This document shows, piece by piece, positions 59,186 to 64,000 of a stretch of 64,000 nt of DNA. Location: contig JAXLNO010002386.1 in assembly GCA_038087875.1 (NCBI GenBank), forward strand, positions 372,001 through 436,000, given 5' to 3'. The notes beneath the pieces are model-generated. The model worked only from the letters and a program-made list of their open reading frames with translations. It did not search any database and was not told the DNA's origin. This DNA comes from Malacoraja senta. Taxonomy: Eukaryota. The stretch's first letter is position 1. Each line of letters opens with the position of its first letter. The position numbers and the translations under genes are program-made.

Positions 59186-60774
59186 AAGCTTGATGCAGTC
59201 AACACCAAGGCTCAGTGGAGGTCTACAGTCTAGGGTCCTTCGTGGTAATACATTGGGGGGCTGCAACTGGTGAAGACGCCCCTCAAACAAGGGAAGGGCT
59301 ATTAACCCAGGAGGGCTATATGAGCGGCAAGGGTGCTTGATATAAGGATAGTTTGTGAACACAACCAAAAATAACCGTAATTAATCCATGTGTGGACACT
59401 GAGAATGGCAGAAACGTTGTTTGCCCTGTTCTTGTTTTGTATATATTTCATTATTCTGAATAATGTTTATTTTTGGCGGGGATAAAATCCCTCCAGATAT
59501 TACCTGACCTGCTGAGTCTCTGCAGCCCTTTGTGTTTTGCAGTGAATAGTATATATGATGTGGATGTGAATATTGGTGGTTTGATTAGTAGGTTTGCAGA
59601 TGACATGTACATTGAAGAAGGTTGTCTATGGATCCAGTGGGATACAGATTAGCTAGAGAGCTGGATGGAGCAATAGCAGAAGGAATGTAATCCAGACATG
59701 TGTGAAGTTGTGCGTGTCGGGATGTCATGTTCTGGTAGGACATAAACGGTAAGAACCTGAGGGGTGATAATATACAGAGTGTCCTTGGGTTGCAAGTTCA
59801 TAGTTACCTGAAAACGCCGACAAGGGTAGACAGGAAAGCAAAGAATGCACTTTGGCATATTTGTCCACCTAGACATAGAAACATATAAAAATTGGTGCAG
59901 GAGAGGCCATTTGGCCCTTCAAGCCAGCACCACCATTCAATATGGTCATGGGTGATCAACCAGAATCAGTACCCTGTTCCTGCTTTCTCCCCATATCCCT
60001 TGATTTCGTTAACCCTAAGAGCTAACTCTCTCTTGAATATATTCAGTGAATTGGTCTCTGCTGCCTTCTGTGGCCGAGAATTCCACAGATTCACAACACT
60101 CTGGGTGAAAAGGTTTTCCCCATCTCAATCCTAAATGGCCTACTGCTTATTCGTAAACTGTGACCCCTGGTTCTGGACTCCCCCAACATTGAGAATATTT
60201 TTCCTGCATCTAGTCTGTCAAATCCCTTATTAGTATTCGGTTTCTATCTGATATCCTCTCATCCTTCTGAATTCCAGTGAATATAAGCCCAGTCGATTCA
60301 TTCTTTTATTATATGTCAGTCCTGCCATCCTGGGAATTAACCTGGTGAACTTTGCTGCACTCCTTCAATAGCAAGAATGTCCTTCTTCAAACTAGGCGAC
60401 CAAGACTGCACAAAATACTCCAGGTGCAGTCTCACCAGGGCCCTGTATAACTGAATAGACTCTGGCATCAAGTATAAGAGTTGAGAAATCAAACAAAACA
60501 TTGGTTAGGCTGCACATGGAGTATTGTGTAGAATTCTGGTCGCTCCACTACTAACGTTACTGTGCGGGGATCACTGGTCGGCGTGGGCCGAAGGGCCTGT
60601 TTCTGCAATGTATCTCTAAACTAAAAAGGATGTGATGGCATCAAAAATAGTGCAGAAGGGTTTTGCCAGGTTGTTGCCTGGAATAGAGGTCTGGTGTTAT
60701 GTGAAGAGATTGGATAGGCTGCATTTATTCTCATTAGAATGCAGGAGTGAAATAATGAGGGCTATAGATTGTGT

Positions 60775-61220
60775 CGGAAGGATCTGCAGATGCTGGTTTA
60801 AACCGAAGAAAGACACAAAAAGCTGGAGTAACTCAGTGGGACAGGCAGCATCACTGGAGAGAAGGAATAGGTGATATTTCGGGTCGAGACCTTTTCGGGT
60901 TGAGTCCCTTCTTCAGGAAGGAACTGCAGATGCTGGTTTACACCGAAGACAGATGTAAAATGCTAGAGTAACTCAGTGGGACAGGCAGCATCACTGGAGA
61001 GAAGGAATGGGTGACATTTCGGGTCAACATCCTTCTTCAGGAAGGATTAACAGATGCTGGTTTACACCGAAGACAGACATAAAATGCTGGAGTATCTCAG
61101 CAGGACAGGCAGCATCTTTGGAGGGAAGGAATGAGTGACGTTTCTAAACATCATCCATTCCTTCTCTCCATAAATACTGCCTGCCCTGCTGAGTTACTCC
61201 AGTATTTTGTGTCTATCTTT
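60775..61220 (-). repeat. Head-to-tail array of three Penelope terminal units plus one inverted partial unit
   Basis: Units start at about 60780, 60919 and 61041; an inverted unit lies at about 61145-61220. Confidence 0.88.
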
Positions 61221-62679
61221 GGGGTATAGATAGGATAGAGAGTAATTGTCTCTTTCCCGGGGCAGTGGAGACTAGAACTGGCGATTTAAGGTGATGGGAG
61301 AGAAATGTCAAGGGGATCTGAGCAGACGTTTCTCACCGCAGTAGTTATCTGGAATGAGCTGCAGGGGAGATGGTAGAGGCAGATATAATCACAGTCTATA
61401 AAGCATTTGGACTTTTGGTAGGAAAGTCAGGGAGGGATAAGGGCGTAATTCATGTAATTGCAGATAAACATCTCGGTCAGCATAGACAAGGTTGGGCAAA
61501 TGGGCCTGTTTATATGCTGCATGATTCAGTTTATTTTAAGATTCTTTCTGTGGTTTTCATGTTGCTATCTCTATTAGCCAGAATAAGCACTGAAAATGGC
61601 TCTACACCAGAGAGAACACTGCGTGAACCAAAGGAAGTGAGATATGTAAAATAGGTTCTTTAGTTTTTTAATTTAGATACACAGCGTGGAAACAGGCCTT
61701 TCGGCCCACCAAGTCTGCACCAGCCAGCGACTAACCCGCACACTAATACTATCCTATGTACACGAGGGACAATTTGACACATGCATCAAGCCAATTCACC
61801 TACATTCCTGCATGTCTTTGGAGTGTGGGAGGAAATCGAAGATCTCAGCGAAAATCCACGCAGGTCACGGGGAGAACGTACTAACTCCGTACAGACAGCA
61901 CCCATAGTCAGGATTGAAACCGGGTCTCTGGCACTGCAAACACTGTAAGGCAGCAACTCTACCACTGTGCTGCCCTTATTGGTAACTTTGTGTGATCTTA
62001 TTTTGTTAGGATGCAAATTCTATGGGAACGCTTTCTCAAAGAGATAGATAATGATGCAGATACAACAAACTGCAGATGCTGGTTTGTACCAAAGAGAGTC
62101 ACAAAGTGCTGGAGTAACTCAACGGGTCAGAGGTGTTCTACAGCATCTCTGTAGAAAAAGGATGGGTAATGCTGGGTGAAGCTTCAGGTTGGGATCCTTC
62201 TTCAGACTGATGTATCGGGTTGGGACCCTTCTTCAGACTAACCCTGCTTGAGACTGAAGTAGGGTCCCGACCCAAAGTGTCATCCAGCCTTTTTCTCCAG
62301 AGATGCTGCCAGTCTCGCTGAGTTACTTTAGCACTCTGTGTCTAAGGTTGATAATGAGTTGTTCAATCCTGATTTTTTGTGATGTTAATTTCTGCATGTT
62401 CACAGGGCAGACTGTGAGAGTAAATAGTTGAAAAACTAGTCTAGCAGGAAATGTGTGGTATTTGAGTAAGTGTGAATGTGGGGCCTCTCCAGTGAGATGA
62501 TTGGGGAACTCCCTGACAAAGGGGGATGTGGTGAACAAGTCACCAGGAGGTCATATCAAAGCAGAAGTTAAATGTTACATTGATATTTTTAGTCTGCTCT
62601 TGATGTACTGGCATGGTGCAATCCGATTTGGACAACTTACTGAATATTGCAGCTGAAGATGGTATAGATATATAGCATT

Positions 62680-63425
62680 GGAACAGGCTCTTCAGCCCAC
62701 CAAGTCCACGCTGAACAGCTATCACCATACAGTAGCAATATCCTATAGACTAGCAACAATTTATAATTTACCAAACCCTATTAAACTACAAACTGATCTT
62801 AGGAGTGTGGGAGGAAGCTGGAGCACCCAGGGAAAACCCACAGGTAGAATGTAAAAACTCCATATAGACTGATTCCTGGGATAGCAGGACTTTCATATGA
62901 AGAAAGACTGGATAGACTTGGCTTGTACTCGCTAGAATTTAGAAGATTGAGGGGGAATCTTATAGAAACTTACAAGATTCTTAAGGGGTTGGACAGGCTA
63001 GATGCAGGAAGATTGTTCCCGATGTTGGGGAAGTCCAGAATAAGGGGTCACAGTTTAAGTATAAGAGGGAAGTCTTTTAGGACCGAGATGAGAAAATCAT
63101 TTTTCACACAGAGAGTGGTGAATCTGTGGAATTCTCTGCCACAGAATGTAGTTGAGGCCAGTTCATTGGCTATATTTAAGAGGGAGTTAGATGTGGCCCT
63201 TGTGGCTAAAGGGATCAGGGGGTATGGAGAGAAGGCAGGTACAGGATACTGAATTGGATGATCAGCCATGATCATATTGAATGGCGGTGCAGGCTCAAAG
63301 GGGCGAATGGCCTACTCCTGCACCTATTTTCTATGTTTCTATGACAGCACCCATGGTCAGGATTGAACCTGGCGGTCTCTTGAGCTGTAAGGCAGTAACT
63401 CTACCGCTGTTCCACCGTGTCACCC
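62680..63425. mobile_element. V-SINE (minus) interrupted by a young CR1 3' fragment (plus, about 62870-63340)
   Basis: The SINE tail and core lie left of 62870 and the SINE head resumes at about 63342; CR1 ORF 62923-63252. Confidence 0.85.
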
Positions 63426-63884
63426 TTTTATGGGGGATCATGCAGAAGCCTCCTCGTGGCGATCCACGGAACCGACGACACGATGCACTCTGAGACGCGT
63501 CGGGTGACCAATTCTGTCAACATGTTGGACGACGACAGAAGCCAACAGTGAGCTACACCTTGTCTGACACACGAGCGAATGAACCCTTGTTAGACTAATC
63601 AACTGAAGGTTACGACTTATAAATATGATGTGATGCAACTAATTGAGAGTGCAGTATAGAGAGTGCAGCACAGAAACAAGCCCTTTGACCCATCAAGTCC
63701 ATACTAACTATTTTGGGACCTGATCTCTTTTTATCTTCCTGATATTTCCAATACCTACCCCTCGATTTTACTCTTTAACGACACACGGAGCAATAAATGG
63801 TGGCCTGTGAACCAAATAACTGCCGTGACTTCCCTTTGTGGGCGGAATATCTGAATATCATATTTCCAAATGTTGATCAGTAAG

Positions 63885-64000
63885 GGCGGCACGGTGGGGC
63901 AGCGATAGAGTTGCTGCCTTAAAGTGTCAGAGCCCCGGGTCCGATCCTGACTATGGCTGCTGTCTGTGCGGAGTTTGTACATTCTCCCCATGACCAGTGG
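63885..64000 (+). mobile_element. V-SINE 5' part, running off the window
   Basis: ggcggcacggtggggcagcgatagagttgctgcc...ccgatcctgact tRNA-like head. Confidence 0.85.

Noticed and set aside
62540-62728. Minus-strand 62-aa ORF in non-repeat sequence
   Set aside because: It begins inside a SINE tail and has no motif support or partner exons.
5755-63991. Recurrent short ORFs such as ...ECGRKPEHPEKTH... and ...PFLLSRDAAC...
   Set aside because: They are translations of V-SINE and Penelope terminal repeats, not a gene family.

Overview
This is eukaryotic, repeat-dominated vertebrate DNA. The repeat families (HE1/V-type SINEs, CR1, Rex-Babar, Penelope, DIRS) suggest a cartilaginous fish, probably a skate or ray; this is inferred. 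There are no prokaryotic operons or CRISPR arrays, and nearly all short ORFs in the track are repeat fragments. Host-gene content is small. It comprises a disabled MHC class I-type alpha3 (Ig C1) exon (5236-5508) and an in-phase transmembrane/cytoplasmic exon (8753-8979). There is also a separate candidate MHC-like promoter (X1/X2/Y module) with a signal-peptide exon (35490-35658), for which I could not find downstream exons. Mobile elements include two DIRS1-type tyrosine-recombinase retrotransposons (1-4660, partial; 40376-45164, structurally complete with ITRs and ICR, and with an exactly reconstructable empty site). A Ty3/Gypsy element (12063-16803) has an uninterrupted 1390-aa gag-pol ORF and LTRs identical at 202/203 bp. 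Two near-identical 5'-truncated L1 copies are nested in older elements. Many Penelope fragments and terminal repeats give a consensus that folds as a minimal hammerhead ribozyme. CR1, Rex-Babar and V-SINE fragments, two non-autonomous DNA transposons and a Helitron-like terminus are also present. Several local rearrangements are visible: a 236-bp fold-back, a 43-bp templated insertion, an inverted Penelope insertion and tandem arrays. Coordinates of degenerate repeats are approximate; all were read by eye.
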